DNA of 64,000 nucleotides, from positions 124,001-188,000 of the forward strand of contig JAANOX010000258.1 in assembly GCA_020184695.1 (NCBI GenBank), written 5' to 3'. Both the position numbers and the translations under genes were made by a program. Of the stretch, positions 33,343 through 45,156 are shown piece by piece (within the stretch, counting starts at the first letter, position 1; each line of letters starts with the position of its first letter). Origin of the DNA: Histomonas meleagridis 2922-C6/04-290x (lineage: Eukaryota > Protista > Parabasalia). Below the pieces are notes generated by a model. The model made no database searches and had not been told where the DNA came from. It saw nothing but the letters and a program-made list of their open reading frames with translations.

Positions 33343-35250
33343 TTAGATGGATAAGAAACGACCCATCAGAGATATGAACGAAACTATTTCGCGATTGAGC
33401 CAAGAAAAGTCAAACATCTGATTGAAGAATGTCTTTGGAATTGCATAAACTCCGAATTTAGCGCCAAGAAGAGCACCCGCAGCTGCTCCATTCGTATCCG
33501 CGTCGCCTCCTTCTCTTACGATCTGTATGAGTCCGTCTTGGAAACTTTGCGCATGTATCAATGCCCAAATTGCGGCTCCAAATGTTTTCATTGTATATCC
33601 CATATTCGCTGCATTACCGAGGTCTAAGTCCTGTATTTTATCTTTGGATGAGTAATCAAGGATTTCTTCCCTAAACTCATCTGCACCTTCAACATTTGCA
33701 ATTGAATCGTTGATTGTCTTTTCGATATCAACAGACTCCTTTAAGCCTGCTCTTACTTGCAAAGTTCGAGCAACTAGCAAAGAAATACAGACAGCAGAGA
33801 AAACACACCTCGGGTCATAGTGCGTCACTTTTGCCATCAACTTGGCAACAGATATAACGGTCGCCTCATCCCAAAAAGCGAGGCACCCCACGGCGGCGGT
33901 TCTCATAACGGCCCCATTTGATGCAACCCTTTTCCCGCTTTCTTCCCAAACTTTCTTTGAAGCCTCGATTGGGTTGTCAAGGAAGTTGTCAGACGATAAA
34001 ACGGATTTAACTGTTTTGCCCATTCCAAGACCTCCTCCATGTTTACGTTCTGAATGACCATTATTTTTCCAATCAATTAATCTTTCAGCAAAATCATGAA
34101 GATCAACTTTCACAAGTCCGGCTTTGAATTTAGTAACACCATCTTCAACAAAATTTTCAGCACCACTTTTATTTGCTTGGAACAATGATCTCATAATTAA
34201 AATATTTTGAGATGTATCATCTGTAGAAGTTCCCCTTACAAAGCTACCAGTATGCATTGTAACTCTTGGATGTGTCCAAGTAATTGAAAACGGATTAATT
34301 AAGTATAATTTTGCAAGATCACTTGACACAAATTCAGTACCGAGACCAATCATGTCCATGACTGCAGAGCCTAATATTGCTCCATAAATACCAATTCTAA
34401 CTTCATTGTCATTAATGTTTTGTGGGGGATCAAACGTTGGACTTTCAGATAAAAGTGGAGGTTTTTGATCGACATCTGGGACACCCCATGGGCCATACAA
34501 AAGTGACTGCGCCGATGGGTAATTAAACGGTTTAATGTCGGCTGGGAACAAAGGTTGAATGTTATTACAACCAATGCAACAAAAGTTTTTGAGTAGTTCC
34601 ATGTCCCCACGAACCAAACAAGATGTGAAATTTAAAAATTGAACGTTTGTTCCTTTTGAAATTGAATCCAAAATGATTTCATTATGATTTGCTTCAAAGA
34701 TTCTAAGTGATTTGAAACTGGTAATTTGTGATAAGGAAAATTCCGTTCCTTGATACGTGCCAACAGATAAAAGCTCAAGATTTGGAAACTTTCTTGGATC
34801 AATGTTTAAATTTTCCGAAAAAGAGCAATCAAAGTATAAAAGAGATGGCATTTCTGGAATTTGTGTAAGTTTAGTGTTTGGGCATGAGAGATATTCAAGA
34901 TTTTTACATAAACCATTAATGGACAAAAGTTCAAAACAAAAAGAAACATCAAGAGCACGTATCTTGGGACATTTGTTTATGTTAATTGTTTTCAAGTTTG
35001 ATGATAATGAAAAATCTGCAGCAATAAGATTTGGTAAATCAACTAAATCAATTTGAAGTAGTTTGTCACATCTAGCAGCTCTAAACAATGTTAGTTTCTT
35101 GAAGCGATCAACAGTCAGAGTGTTTGATATTGTTGATGATAAAAAATCTATAGAACCCGCAATATTGGCTTCTTCTTTCCAATTGCTTGGAATTTCATCT
35201 AAGTATGCATAAGATATCTTGCTTCCGGCAGAAGAAGAATCAGCACCCAT
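33343..35250 (-). CDS. LRR + ADP-ribosylglycohydrolase (ARH/DraG) fusion, predicted N-myristoylated
   Basis: MGADSS start, LRR region (aa ~30-230), ARH motifs TDDT, SNGAVMR and GGDADTNGAAAGALLGA. Confidence 0.85.
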   Translation of the reverse strand: MGADSSSAGSKISYAYLDEIPSNWKEEANIAGSIDFLSSTISNTLTVDRFKKLTLFRAARCDKLLQIDLVDLPNLIAADFSLSSNLKTININKCPKIRALDVSFCFELLSINGLCKNLEYLSCPNTKLTQIPEMPSLLYFDCSFSENLNIDPRKFPNLELLSVGTYQGTEFSLSQITSFKSLRIFEANHNEIILDSISKGTNVQFLNFTSCLVRGDMELLKNFCCIGCNNIQPLFPADIKPFNYPSAQSLLYGPWGVPDVDQKPPLLSESPTFDPPQNINDNEVRIGIYGAILGSAVMDMIGLGTEFVSSDLAKLYLINPFSITWTHPRVTMHTGSFVRGTSTDDTSQNILIMRSLFQANKSGAENFVEDGVTKFKAGLVKVDLHDFAERLIDWKNNGHSERKHGGGLGMGKTVKSVLSSDNFLDNPIEASKKVWEESGKRVASNGAVMRTAAVGCLAFWDEATVISVAKLMAKVTHYDPRCVFSAVCISLLVARTLQVRAGLKESVDIEKTINDSIANVEGADEFREEILDYSSKDKIQDLDLGNAANMGYTMKTFGAAIWALIHAQSFQDGLIQIVREGGDADTNGAAAGALLGAKFGVYAIPKTFFNQMFDFSWLNREIVSFISLMGRFLSI

Positions 35251-35654
35251 TTGAGAATAATTTTTGTATACGAAGTAAAACCGAAAAATTGTTGATGTAA
35301 AGCATTCATTTCCAAAAAATTTGATTCTTCTTCTCTATCCAAATTCCTATTTCGAAATATCACAAAAGAATATTCTTCCGTGTAACAAATGTATGGTAAA
35401 TTTAAAGATATGAATATTAGAAGATAAATATTGTCATAAAGTCATGAAATGAGATTTAATAAAAATTTCATTTTTTAATAAATTATGATAATAATAGAAT
35501 GGGTATCTATAATATAAATAAATAATATCTTTGTAAGCACAATTTATCAAAATATATTCAGATTAATTTTTTTATTCTTTAAAAGCAAAATTATCGTTCA
35601 TTTATTCAATTGACATTTTTCAAAGATTTATTAATTCGGTGATTTTTCCAAAAA

Positions 35655-36320
35655 ATGGAAGAAAATCACTATATGTGTTATGGTAAAGTTGCTTTAGCAT
35701 CTGGATCTCCAAAATGGGAGAACTATTGGATTATTGTTAATGGGTTTTGGATGGAAATCACAAAAAGAGTTGGCGATCCATCTAATTTTTTGCTTCCACT
35801 TGACATTTCTTCTTTTTCTGCAGGTTTCATCGATACCGGTATACAAAATTCTATTTTTATCATTACTTCTTCGGCAACCAATTCTGTTAAGTTATACATT
35901 CAAACATTAAATAGAAATGATATAATTCAGCTCCACCATTCTATTAAAAAAGGCGAAGAAATCCTTACAAACAAAATTTCACAAAGTACAAAGCAATTAT
36001 CATGTGATTTCGATTGCGAAACAATTGCAGCATTTTTAGGCATAGGTAAAACTTCGTTAAAGTTCCTTGAGGATTCCAATGGAATTAAGCTCATTAGTAA
36101 TAAGAACACTCAATATTTTAAATTTGATACAATCAAATCAGTTTATTCTAAAGCTAACTATGGAACAGACACTCGCTTATGCATTGGAATTGACGAAGAT
36201 GGTGAAACAGTGACCAAAGAACTAAATTGTTTCAATAAGAATAATTTAATGAAAGCAATTTTCTGCTTTTTGGTCAATTCCTTTTTGTGGAACAAAGAGA
36301 TTAGGAACGAGGATTTATAA
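35655..36320 (+). CDS. Hypothetical protein, possible PH-like folds
   Basis: 221-aa ORF; the WENYWIIVNG…TKRVGDP…LDI pattern resembles PH beta-strands. Confidence 0.5.
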   Translation: MEENHYMCYGKVALASGSPKWENYWIIVNGFWMEITKRVGDPSNFLLPLDISSFSAGFIDTGIQNSIFIITSSATNSVKLYIQTLNRNDIIQLHHSIKKGEEILTNKISQSTKQLSCDFDCETIAAFLGIGKTSLKFLEDSNGIKLISNKNTQYFKFDTIKSVYSKANYGTDTRLCIGIDEDGETVTKELNCFNKNNLMKAIFCFLVNSFLWNKEIRNEDL

Positions 36321-36993
36321 ATATGAAATTATGAAACTTTAAATAAATGTATTTTGAAATCATAAAAATAACCATGTGTATGGATATGGTTTTTAATCCA
36401 GTCTTTATGAGAAGAAATACCATAAAAATAATTTATTGTTTTTATGTATTAGCTTAAGACAATTTTCGTGATTATTGTGTTTTAAATTATCAATAAAATT
36501 TAAATTTTCATTTGAAATGAAATACTTATTTCTCATTTTGTTTGATTAATATTCGTCTATAATAATATGCATTATAGGTAATATTATCATATTAAACAAA
36601 GAATAATCTTAAAAGTCCGACATAATCCTTCCCTGTCAAAAATACTATAAACAACACAACTTTCAATAAATCATTAATCTTTTTCAATAGTGACTATTCT
36701 TCATTGAATTTCAAACCACTTTTTACCTATTCATAAACAAAACTTATCATATCTTTGTGAATATACATCTTAATAATTAAAATTCTTGCTAATTAATTAA
36801 TATGAATACATTATGATCCACCTAATCTCGAAATCATGACCAGATGATAGGACCAGTAGATCCATTCAATTTATTCAATGAGATCTATCAATGTCAAATC
36901 CATAATGCAAAAAATGTTGGAACGAAGTCATTCAATCGTACAAAAACAGTTTATTTTCATTGAAAAAGTGCGCAGCCAAATCGCAAAGACAAA

Positions 36994-37533
36994 ATGACAG
37001 TTCGAGTGATGAACCTAGGGGGTGGAGGCGTTGGTAAAACATCGCTGATACTTCAGTGGGCTAGGCAACAGTTCCAAGAAGATTACACTCCAACAATCGA
37101 AGAAATGCTTACCAAAACAGTAACGATCGGCAAAAAATCATATCAAGTCGAAATAACTGATACAGCTGGACAGGAAGAGTTTGCGCAAATGCGTTGGAGG
37201 TATATGCAACCATCAGAGGGTTTTTTATTTGTTTTTTCAATCATTGAACCCCCAACTCTTAATCAGTTAAATGATTTATATGGTGATGTTAAAAAGGCAA
37301 AGCAAGGTAAAATGCATTGCGTACTTGCAGGAAACAAAATTGATCTCAAAGATGAAGCCAAAAATGGCGTTGTTTCATTAGAAGAAGGCACAGCTTTTGC
37401 AAACAAGATGGGATGTAAGTACTACGAAACATCAGCCAAAACAGGTTTTAATTTACCTGAACTTTTTGACGATTTGATTCGCGGTGTTATTCGCATGCAG
37501 GGAGGAGAAGGCGGGTGCTGCATGATTTTCTGA
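36994..37533 (+). CDS. Ras/Rap-family GTPase
   Basis: GGGGVGKT, effector YTPTIEE, DTAGQEEF, NKID, ETSAK, C-terminal CCMIF. Confidence 0.92.
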   Translation: MTVRVMNLGGGGVGKTSLILQWARQQFQEDYTPTIEEMLTKTVTIGKKSYQVEITDTAGQEEFAQMRWRYMQPSEGFLFVFSIIEPPTLNQLNDLYGDVKKAKQGKMHCVLAGNKIDLKDEAKNGVVSLEEGTAFANKMGCKYYETSAKTGFNLPELFDDLIRGVIRMQGGEGGCCMIF

Positions 37534-37961
37534 TAAATAAACAAAACACAGTAATAATTTCCTTTTTATCCATTTCATTGACAGAAACCCGACCGAAATA
37601 TCGGCCATCTGAAATGCTCAGAAAATTGAATGCGTTGTATTGAAATTTTTTGTGACATAACGTTGGGCTTTTTGCGAACAAAATTGGTCGGACAATATTT
37701 TAGGACAAAGTTTTCAATTTGCACAAAACACAGTTTTTCAAAGCACGTAAATTATTAAAAAAGCGCTATCGTAAACGTTCTCATCAAAAACGTTATCACT
37801 CGTAAAGCTTTAATCTTCAAAGAAATCATAAAAAAATTTAGAAAATTTAAGGAATTAGAGATACATGTCAACATTTTTTGTGGTGTTTTAAGTTCGAGTT
37901 TAAAACATAATTTACATTCAAAATTTTTTTTGTATAAAATTGACTATATTTTTATTCGAAT

Positions 37962-38537
37962 TTAACAACAACGTGAATCTTTTTGATCATTTTCTTCTAA
38001 CGGAGGCGGGGTAGTTTTTTGTTGTTCATTATTCATCGCATCAAATGCGACTTGTTGAAATAATTGTGGTATACAATCTCCTGTTTTTGCAGACACAAAA
38101 AAGAACACCGGCAACCACTGTGAGTATTTTTCTTTGACTTCGTCGAAAGTAATTGGTGCACCTTCACTTAGATCTGATTTATTTATTGCAACTACAACAG
38201 GAATTTTTGCATTTGTAGAATTGAGTCTTTCTAGCCAAGTCAGTAAATGATCACATGAATCAGGATTAACAATTGATGCAACTAAAATGCAAGCATGAGC
38301 TCCTCTTGAATACATTGGGACAAGTGAAGAAAATTGTTCCTGTCCAGCTGTATCCCATAATAACAAGTCAACTTTTTTATCACCAATTGGTATTGTAGTT
38401 TTAATATGAGAAGCCCCAACTGTTGGAGCCATTTTGAAATCAAACTTTCCTGTTGATTGACAACGTACAATAGAAGTTTTCCCAACGCCTGTATCCCCGA
38501 GTAAGATTACTTTGTATTTTGGTTGCTCTTCTATCAT
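37962..38537 (-). CDS. Rab-family GTPase
   Basis: GDTGVGKT, WDTAGQEQFSSLVPMYSRG, NKSD, SAK, C-terminal CC. Confidence 0.92.
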   Translation of the reverse strand: MIEEQPKYKVILLGDTGVGKTSIVRCQSTGKFDFKMAPTVGASHIKTTIPIGDKKVDLLLWDTAGQEQFSSLVPMYSRGAHACILVASIVNPDSCDHLLTWLERLNSTNAKIPVVVAINKSDLSEGAPITFDEVKEKYSQWLPVFFFVSAKTGDCIPQLFQQVAFDAMNNEQQKTTPPPLEENDQKDSRCC

Positions 38538-39041
38538 TTTTGTCCTTTTTGAATTTTTTTCACATGCTTTGCTCGGTTATTTAAATCACTTTTCTGAGGG
38601 TATGTTTTCACTTTTGGATGTAAAATTCAATTTTGATAAGATCGGATTTTAGTTAAAAAAATTGCTCTCAATTATTGGGCAATAAATTTGTAACTTATGT
38701 TCAAAAAATATTTCATTTAGTAATTGATCATTTATTTTATTAAATGTTCGAAACAAATTTTTTTTGGGAAATTAAAAAATTTTAAAAAAAAAATGATAAA
38801 TCTCTTCATCAAACGATTAAAATATACTGAAAAAGATGCTGAAATGCAGTTAAAAACACTAAATCTTTTTGAGAATACACAACGATCATTTTCATCACAA
38901 AATCCAGTATAATATCGTCTTATCCAAAAAAAAGTTTTGTTTCGAAGAGTATTAAATTGGAATTATCAATAACAATTAACACATTTCATTATTCATAAAA
39001 ACGAATAAAAAAAAAAATTTTGTTTTTAAATTATTTATTTT

Positions 39042-42000
39042 TTAAATGCAATTATCCAATGCCACGAAAAACATTTGTTCCATATAATCCAATGACTGAT
39101 ATTCCGGCAAATCCAAAATCGAGAAACAAGTATGTGACATTGGTGGTGAATTTGGATTTGATCCTTTTTCGATATGTATTACTTGGCCGTATTTCTTTAA
39201 TGTTTCGAATCCTCCAATTGGCAGTTGTGAAGATCCGGTGATGAACCAAAGTAATTTTCCTAATGTGATTTGATCCCATTTCTTCAACATTGCGAAAAAT
39301 CTCTTTACGACAGGATGTTCTAATGAATAAGGCAATGAGATTATGCAATTCTTCCTTAAATCTTCAACTTCTATCTTAGGAACGCCGCAAAGAAGCATTT
39401 CAAGTTCATCCGCTGTAAACAATTGAATTTCCTTAACGTTCAACAGCGAATAGAAACCTTCTTTGAACGCTTCGATTTGTTTCTGTGCGTAATTAGTGAA
39501 ATGGAACTTAAGCATTTCTTCGATATATGTCTTCTTGTTTTCTTCGGTTACTGGGATCTTTGAACCATTTGGAATTAATTCTATTTCAACTGGCTTTCCT
39601 TCACGTTCAACTCCAATTGTGAAGAATAAGCCAAGTCCTTCTGCTGGTTCATTAAGAATTCTTTGATATGATCTTGCAACAGTTAAATCAATTATTTCAA
39701 GATCATGAAGATTCATCTTTGTTCTTAAAAGATGCTTAAATATTGAAGGCGCCAAACTTATGTTCAGTTTCTTGTTTTGCTTTAATGAAAGAGCAAGGAA
39801 GAAACCTGCAAATTTATATTTCATTAAATCTTCTTCTGAACAACGTTCAGGATTAACATCAAGACATCTTAAGTTTGGTGTTAATCTGAATATACCATTT
39901 TTAGGATCGAATAATTCCTTTACAATATCAGTATACCAATCGTTTTCTGAGTCCAAAACGGTCACCGTAACGTTCTCCGCCCAATCACTTGGCGATTTTT
40001 CAACTAACATTTCCTTGATTGAGTTCTCGAGAACGTTAGCGTTTTGAATTTCGAGTTTTTGAGTGCCTTGTTTTTCAAGTTTTTTCTTTTGTAAATGATT
40101 GAAAAAGTTAATTTTCAATTGTGTATCGAACACTAAAGGGAACCTAAATATGAAACTTAACGGGGAAGAAATGAAAGCAGAAAATCTTAACGATCGTGCC
40201 ATCATAGTGAACGTTAATCTATGTTTTGTCATCAAATTCCAAAATTCTGGGAACTTGTTGTATATTGAATAATGTATTGGTAATGGCGGATTAGTTTCGT
40301 TTTTATCATTTTCATCTATTTCAAAACACTTTTCATCGGGCATTAAGTTATTAACTATTGCGCCAATCATTTCGAGGTTCAAAGGAGAATAATTAGTTAA
40401 TAAGTAATCAAGTTTTTGTAACAATTTCTTTTTGTCGATATTCAAATAAGGATAAACTCTACATAAGTTCACTAAATCGATTTGATTTTCGTTTGAGTTT
40501 TTACGTAAATATTCGTAAACTGATTCTACTACGAATTTCATTTTATATTTTTGTTTATCCGTTAAATAATAACTTATACTATTTGCAGATTTATACATTT
40601 TATGCATGTATAAGAATGATATAAATTGTGTAATTCTTGTTTGGAACTTTAATGGCTTCTTCGGTAATGCGTTGATTAAGTTTACAATTAGTTCCATGTT
40701 TTGTACATTGTTTCTCCATTTTGGTTGTAAGAATATCATAAAGAAGTCCTTTGATAAAAGATTTATGATTTTGTTGGATGATGTACCTGTTTTAACTAAT
40801 ACCATTAGAATTAAATATACGAAAAACAAATTATCATTCGATGTATCTTTAAGTAATGGAGTAACATAATCAATACAATGACTCATTGATGGTTCGAATG
40901 TTAACATTGTCGAAAGTGTATCAATACATTTCGATATAATTTGTTTTGGTAATGAGTTTTGATTTATTATATTAATAATACATTTAACATATTCATCTTG
41001 ACAATATGAATTCATTATATACTCTTTATATGATTTTGTTAAATCAATTTTTTCATCTTTAAGTTTGTTCATTTCTGTAATAACTTCAATAAGTTTAATA
41101 TAATGTTCTGGTAATAATAAATATGGTAAGTTTTGTAATAAACAAATCTTAACCCAATTCGGTTGCTTAAGTAATATTCGCATTACTTTATATGTGATTG
41201 ATGGTCGTATTATTTGTTTATGTAATATTATTGATTGTTGATAAATGTTTAATTCTTTAAATTTATCTTGTGATATATTCGATGGGATTTTATTTATATA
41301 TAATGTTACATCTGTTGGTTTAGACATCTCATATAACTTTTGTAAAAAGTCTGGTATTGATATACGAATATTTTGTGATGGTGATAAAAGTGTATTACAC
41401 ATGTTACGATAGGACTTTGAATTCTTTGAAATTTGAACGAAGCTATTGGAAATTGAATTGCGTAAAAAGCCGAATGATACGAACTCATTGAATGGTTTAT
41501 CGATCTTCATACATTCTTCAATATCAATTACATCGATATCATTTAAGTTAGCAGCAAATGAAAGAATTTGTTGAATTAAATTATTATAAATAGAGACAAC
41601 TTCTGGAGAAAGGTCTTTATCTATTGAATATAACTTCGAAATTGTTTTTGATATTTTATTAAATGTATTATTTTTGTTCAAATAAGAAAATACAATTGCA
41701 GAAAGTAAATTCGACTTATTAAAGAATTGTTGATAAATTTTTAATGTGAAATATATTTGTGATATATTAAATGACTCAATATTTGAAGTAGTCCATGAAA
41801 AGAAGTCATCAGTATTTTGTGGAGTTGTTAAAATCACTTCTAAAAGTAATATAGCTGATTGTATTAAATCTAAATTTTGTTGTTTTTCATGGAAATTACT
41901 TAAAACGGAATAAATTGTTTCGAACAAATTAATTTTCTTTTCGTTTGGTATTTTATTATATAAGAATGAATATGATATTAATATCGATCTTAAATAAACA

Positions 42001-44555
42001 AATAATTTTTGTGACTTATGTTCAATTAATGAATCGATTAATAATTCTACAAATTTATATGTTGTTTCAGGTGAGTCTTCAATAGGTAATGGTTCTGGTC
42101 GTAATATAATTGGTATTTGTTTATCGACGTTTTGTGTTAATACTGTCGAAAGTGCTTTTAATAATATTTCTGGTTTAACTTCGAAATATTTAGAAAAGTT
42201 TAATATGATTGATTTAAGATCAATGATTGGAAATGATTGTATACCATTAAAGAATGTTGTGATTGCTTTCATTTGAGTATTTTCATCTTTAAGTTGATAT
42301 TTAATTAATTCGATTATGTAATTCGGTATTTGCTTATTAAAATCAACATTAACATTTAATAATATTTGTAATGTTTCTTGATATGTTGGATTAATTAATT
42401 CTAATTCATTACATGCTGTTAAGAATATTGCAATGATTGACGCATCATTCCAATTCTCTTTTGTAATTGAGTTTGTATAAAATGATTTAATTTGTGATGG
42501 AGAATTAATTTTACATTTGGGTGGTATTACAAATGATTTAACATAAAATTTGATACATTCTATGTTAAGATTCTTGTTTAAGAAATCAGTGAATATTTCT
42601 TCTTCTTTATTATTATTAAATAAATATTTCGAACTTAATGAATAAGGTTTAATTAAATCAGAATTATTATATAAATATTCTAAAATATCTTTAGAGATAT
42701 AATTAAAGAATGATTGAATTTGTACAGTAATTCGATTGTTTGATTCTGTGTTTTGTAAAAATTCATTTAAATAACAGATCGAACGTATAAATTGTTCATT
42801 AATTTCTTTGGATAAAGTAAAGAGTTGTAATGTCCATATTGTACTTGTTAATAATAAAATGATTAAATTTGAAATAGAAATTTCTAATTTAAATAATAAA
42901 TCAAATAATTTACAAATACAAAATTCATCAAATTCATCAATAGTTTCATGAATAGTATTTAATTTTGGTTGTAATAAATCCATATGAACTTTATCATTGA
43001 CTAAAAATAATTCCATTAATTCATTATCTTTATAAAATGTTTGAAGTTCAATTATTTGTAATATTAATAATGGTAATCCATTATCTTCATTTATATTACA
43101 TATTATAGAGTTTTCTTTATTATATTGAATACTTATTACAGAAATTAATGAATATGCTATAAATAATACTAATTCTTCATCTTTGGGTAAATTACTAAAG
43201 AATTTCTCTTTTGTAAAGTCTAATGATTTAATATATTTTAATAATTTAAGTTTGGTTTGTGTTGTTAATTCAGGTAATTTAAGTTGTTGTATATTACGAA
43301 GAATTATAGTTTGATTAGATGATAATAAATATTCAGTCATTCCAATTAATGCAATTGGATGTTTGCCTTTAAAGATATCTTCTAAGATTTGAAAGGCATC
43401 TAATGAATTAATTAAATTCCAAAATTCATATGGTGGTGGTTCTGTTAAATTAGATAAGACATATGATAAAAGTTGTGACTTAGAAAATTGTGTTTTGATT
43501 TCAGTGCTGGAATTGAGTACTTTGTCAAAAAAGTGACATATGGGGACCGTTATGTGTCGGACGTTTAAAAGTAATTCTGATAATGATTCAGCTACGTCTG
43601 TAATATTACCAAGAAAACATTGCGATACATTTCCAATATGTTCTTCAGTTAAGATTTCTAGAACATGATTCCAAAAACTAAGTTTTTGTAAAAGCGGATG
43701 TCTTAATCTTGCTGTTAAAATTGAACAATCACTAATGTTAGTAATGCTGTTTGTAATTACATCTAATGGAATATGAAGTTGTGGCATTGGAAGAACTTTT
43801 AAGAAAAAGTTGATATCTGAAAAATCATTTAATTTGTCAGCAATAGATGGACAAATAATAGATGGAACTTTTGGATCAGAACATAAAAAGAGAAAACGTT
43901 CTCTTGGCTGTGAATTAAATAAGTTTTGGAATAATTGTGGATCAACTTTTTGAATTATTTCTGTGAAATCAATGGAAGAAGGAAGACTAGCATCAAGATG
44001 CCATAAGAAAAGACATGCAATTAATACACTTTCTGTTGTAATTGGAGTGTTTTGAATCATACATAAGATTACTGAAAGTGCTTCTGTTTGCGTTAATTCA
44101 ATGTTGTTAAAATGATACTTCTTATGGAGCTTGAATGCATGGAATTGGGTAGCTAAAACATCATCAACTTTATCAAGTAATACTTTAATTGGACCAGTGA
44201 TTTCGAAATCTTTATTAACTTTCAAAACAGCATTCAATGAAACAATAGCAGCAAGAAAATTAGCTTTTGATTCTTCTGCTTTTTCAATGAATTGAATTAA
44301 TAAATCCTTGATTTCTGGAATATCTCTTTCGAAACATTGTCTTAAAACTAGAAGTATTTCCTCCAAAAACATATTATCTGTTTTTTCCGACAAAAAAGGA
44401 AGTAAATTTGGAATATAATTTTTAATTGTATTGTTGTCGATTTTACTATTTGACAACAAGATTAAAGATTGCCTAATGCAATCCACTGGTGTTGCATTTT
44501 TGAAAATTGTTGCTCCTGGTAATAACAACAAAGATGAATCCATGAATATGAACAA
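39042..44555 (-). CDS. Large HECT-domain E3 ubiquitin ligase
   Basis: 1837-aa ORF; C-terminal HECT domain with LLWFITGSSQLP and catalytic SHTCFSILDLPEY. Confidence 0.92.
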   Translation of the reverse strand: MFIFMDSSLLLLPGATIFKNATPVDCIRQSLILLSNSKIDNNTIKNYIPNLLPFLSEKTDNMFLEEILLVLRQCFERDIPEIKDLLIQFIEKAEESKANFLAAIVSLNAVLKVNKDFEITGPIKVLLDKVDDVLATQFHAFKLHKKYHFNNIELTQTEALSVILCMIQNTPITTESVLIACLFLWHLDASLPSSIDFTEIIQKVDPQLFQNLFNSQPRERFLFLCSDPKVPSIICPSIADKLNDFSDINFFLKVLPMPQLHIPLDVITNSITNISDCSILTARLRHPLLQKLSFWNHVLEILTEEHIGNVSQCFLGNITDVAESLSELLLNVRHITVPICHFFDKVLNSSTEIKTQFSKSQLLSYVLSNLTEPPPYEFWNLINSLDAFQILEDIFKGKHPIALIGMTEYLLSSNQTIILRNIQQLKLPELTTQTKLKLLKYIKSLDFTKEKFFSNLPKDEELVLFIAYSLISVISIQYNKENSIICNINEDNGLPLLILQIIELQTFYKDNELMELFLVNDKVHMDLLQPKLNTIHETIDEFDEFCICKLFDLLFKLEISISNLIILLLTSTIWTLQLFTLSKEINEQFIRSICYLNEFLQNTESNNRITVQIQSFFNYISKDILEYLYNNSDLIKPYSLSSKYLFNNNKEEEIFTDFLNKNLNIECIKFYVKSFVIPPKCKINSPSQIKSFYTNSITKENWNDASIIAIFLTACNELELINPTYQETLQILLNVNVDFNKQIPNYIIELIKYQLKDENTQMKAITTFFNGIQSFPIIDLKSIILNFSKYFEVKPEILLKALSTVLTQNVDKQIPIILRPEPLPIEDSPETTYKFVELLIDSLIEHKSQKLFVYLRSILISYSFLYNKIPNEKKINLFETIYSVLSNFHEKQQNLDLIQSAILLLEVILTTPQNTDDFFSWTTSNIESFNISQIYFTLKIYQQFFNKSNLLSAIVFSYLNKNNTFNKISKTISKLYSIDKDLSPEVVSIYNNLIQQILSFAANLNDIDVIDIEECMKIDKPFNEFVSFGFLRNSISNSFVQISKNSKSYRNMCNTLLSPSQNIRISIPDFLQKLYEMSKPTDVTLYINKIPSNISQDKFKELNIYQQSIILHKQIIRPSITYKVMRILLKQPNWVKICLLQNLPYLLLPEHYIKLIEVITEMNKLKDEKIDLTKSYKEYIMNSYCQDEYVKCIINIINQNSLPKQIISKCIDTLSTMLTFEPSMSHCIDYVTPLLKDTSNDNLFFVYLILMVLVKTGTSSNKIINLLSKDFFMIFLQPKWRNNVQNMELIVNLINALPKKPLKFQTRITQFISFLYMHKMYKSANSISYYLTDKQKYKMKFVVESVYEYLRKNSNENQIDLVNLCRVYPYLNIDKKKLLQKLDYLLTNYSPLNLEMIGAIVNNLMPDEKCFEIDENDKNETNPPLPIHYSIYNKFPEFWNLMTKHRLTFTMMARSLRFSAFISSPLSFIFRFPLVFDTQLKINFFNHLQKKKLEKQGTQKLEIQNANVLENSIKEMLVEKSPSDWAENVTVTVLDSENDWYTDIVKELFDPKNGIFRLTPNLRCLDVNPERCSEEDLMKYKFAGFFLALSLKQNKKLNISLAPSIFKHLLRTKMNLHDLEIIDLTVARSYQRILNEPAEGLGLFFTIGVEREGKPVEIELIPNGSKIPVTEENKKTYIEEMLKFHFTNYAQKQIEAFKEGFYSLLNVKEIQLFTADELEMLLCGVPKIEVEDLRKNCIISLPYSLEHPVVKRFFAMLKKWDQITLGKLLWFITGSSQLPIGGFETLKKYGQVIHIEKGSNPNSPPMSHTCFSILDLPEYQSLDYMEQMFFVALDNCI

Positions 44556-44778
44556 TCCACAATTTCTGTTGACAGAACAAATATGTTTTCAATTTATTTG
44601 TCCAGCTATTTAATTGATAGAAACTTTGATCGTTAACGATTTTGATTCAATAACGTTATCGTTTGGGGTGCTCCTATGACAAATTTTTTTTTTAATGTAA
44701 AAAAACAAAAAAAAAATAGTTGGATAAAATCGAGTAAAAAAAAGTTTGGAGTTTACAGTATAGTGAAAATAATAATAT

Positions 44779-45156
44779 TTAATTTGCTAACTTTGAATTT
44801 CTAAATCTTTTAACTTTTTCCAGGTTGTTCATGTATTCCATGGTTGGCTTGCGTTCCTCTTTTTTAAACGGTATACCGCTGTTGTCATCTGTTTCTGATT
44901 GCTCATTTGGCAAAAAGGATAAAATTGCTACTTCTGCATCATTCCGAGTGACAACGAATGTCGAACTTTGCTCTCTTTTCCTAGCATTTTCTCTTGATTT
45001 TTGAAGAAGTTGAAAAAGTATTCTTTGCATTGAAGAATGACAAAATAATCTAGCATCATCAGAAAGTGTTCCACCTCCTGGTATGCATTCTTCATAGAAG
45101 TAATAAATAAAATTTCGTTGTGTTTGCTGTTGTTGTGTTTGCTGTTGTTGTTCCAT
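44779..45156 (-). CDS. Divergent H2B-like histone-fold protein with poly-Q N-terminus
   Basis: FIYYFYEECIPGGGTLSDDARLFCHSSMQRILFQLLQKSRENARKRE…VTRNDAEVAILSFLP follows H2B helix spacing. ATG is at 45156. Confidence 0.5.
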   Translation of the reverse strand: MEQQQQTQQQQTQRNFIYYFYEECIPGGGTLSDDARLFCHSSMQRILFQLLQKSRENARKREQSSTFVVTRNDAEVAILSFLPNEQSETDDNSGIPFKKEERKPTMEYMNNLEKVKRFRNSKLAN

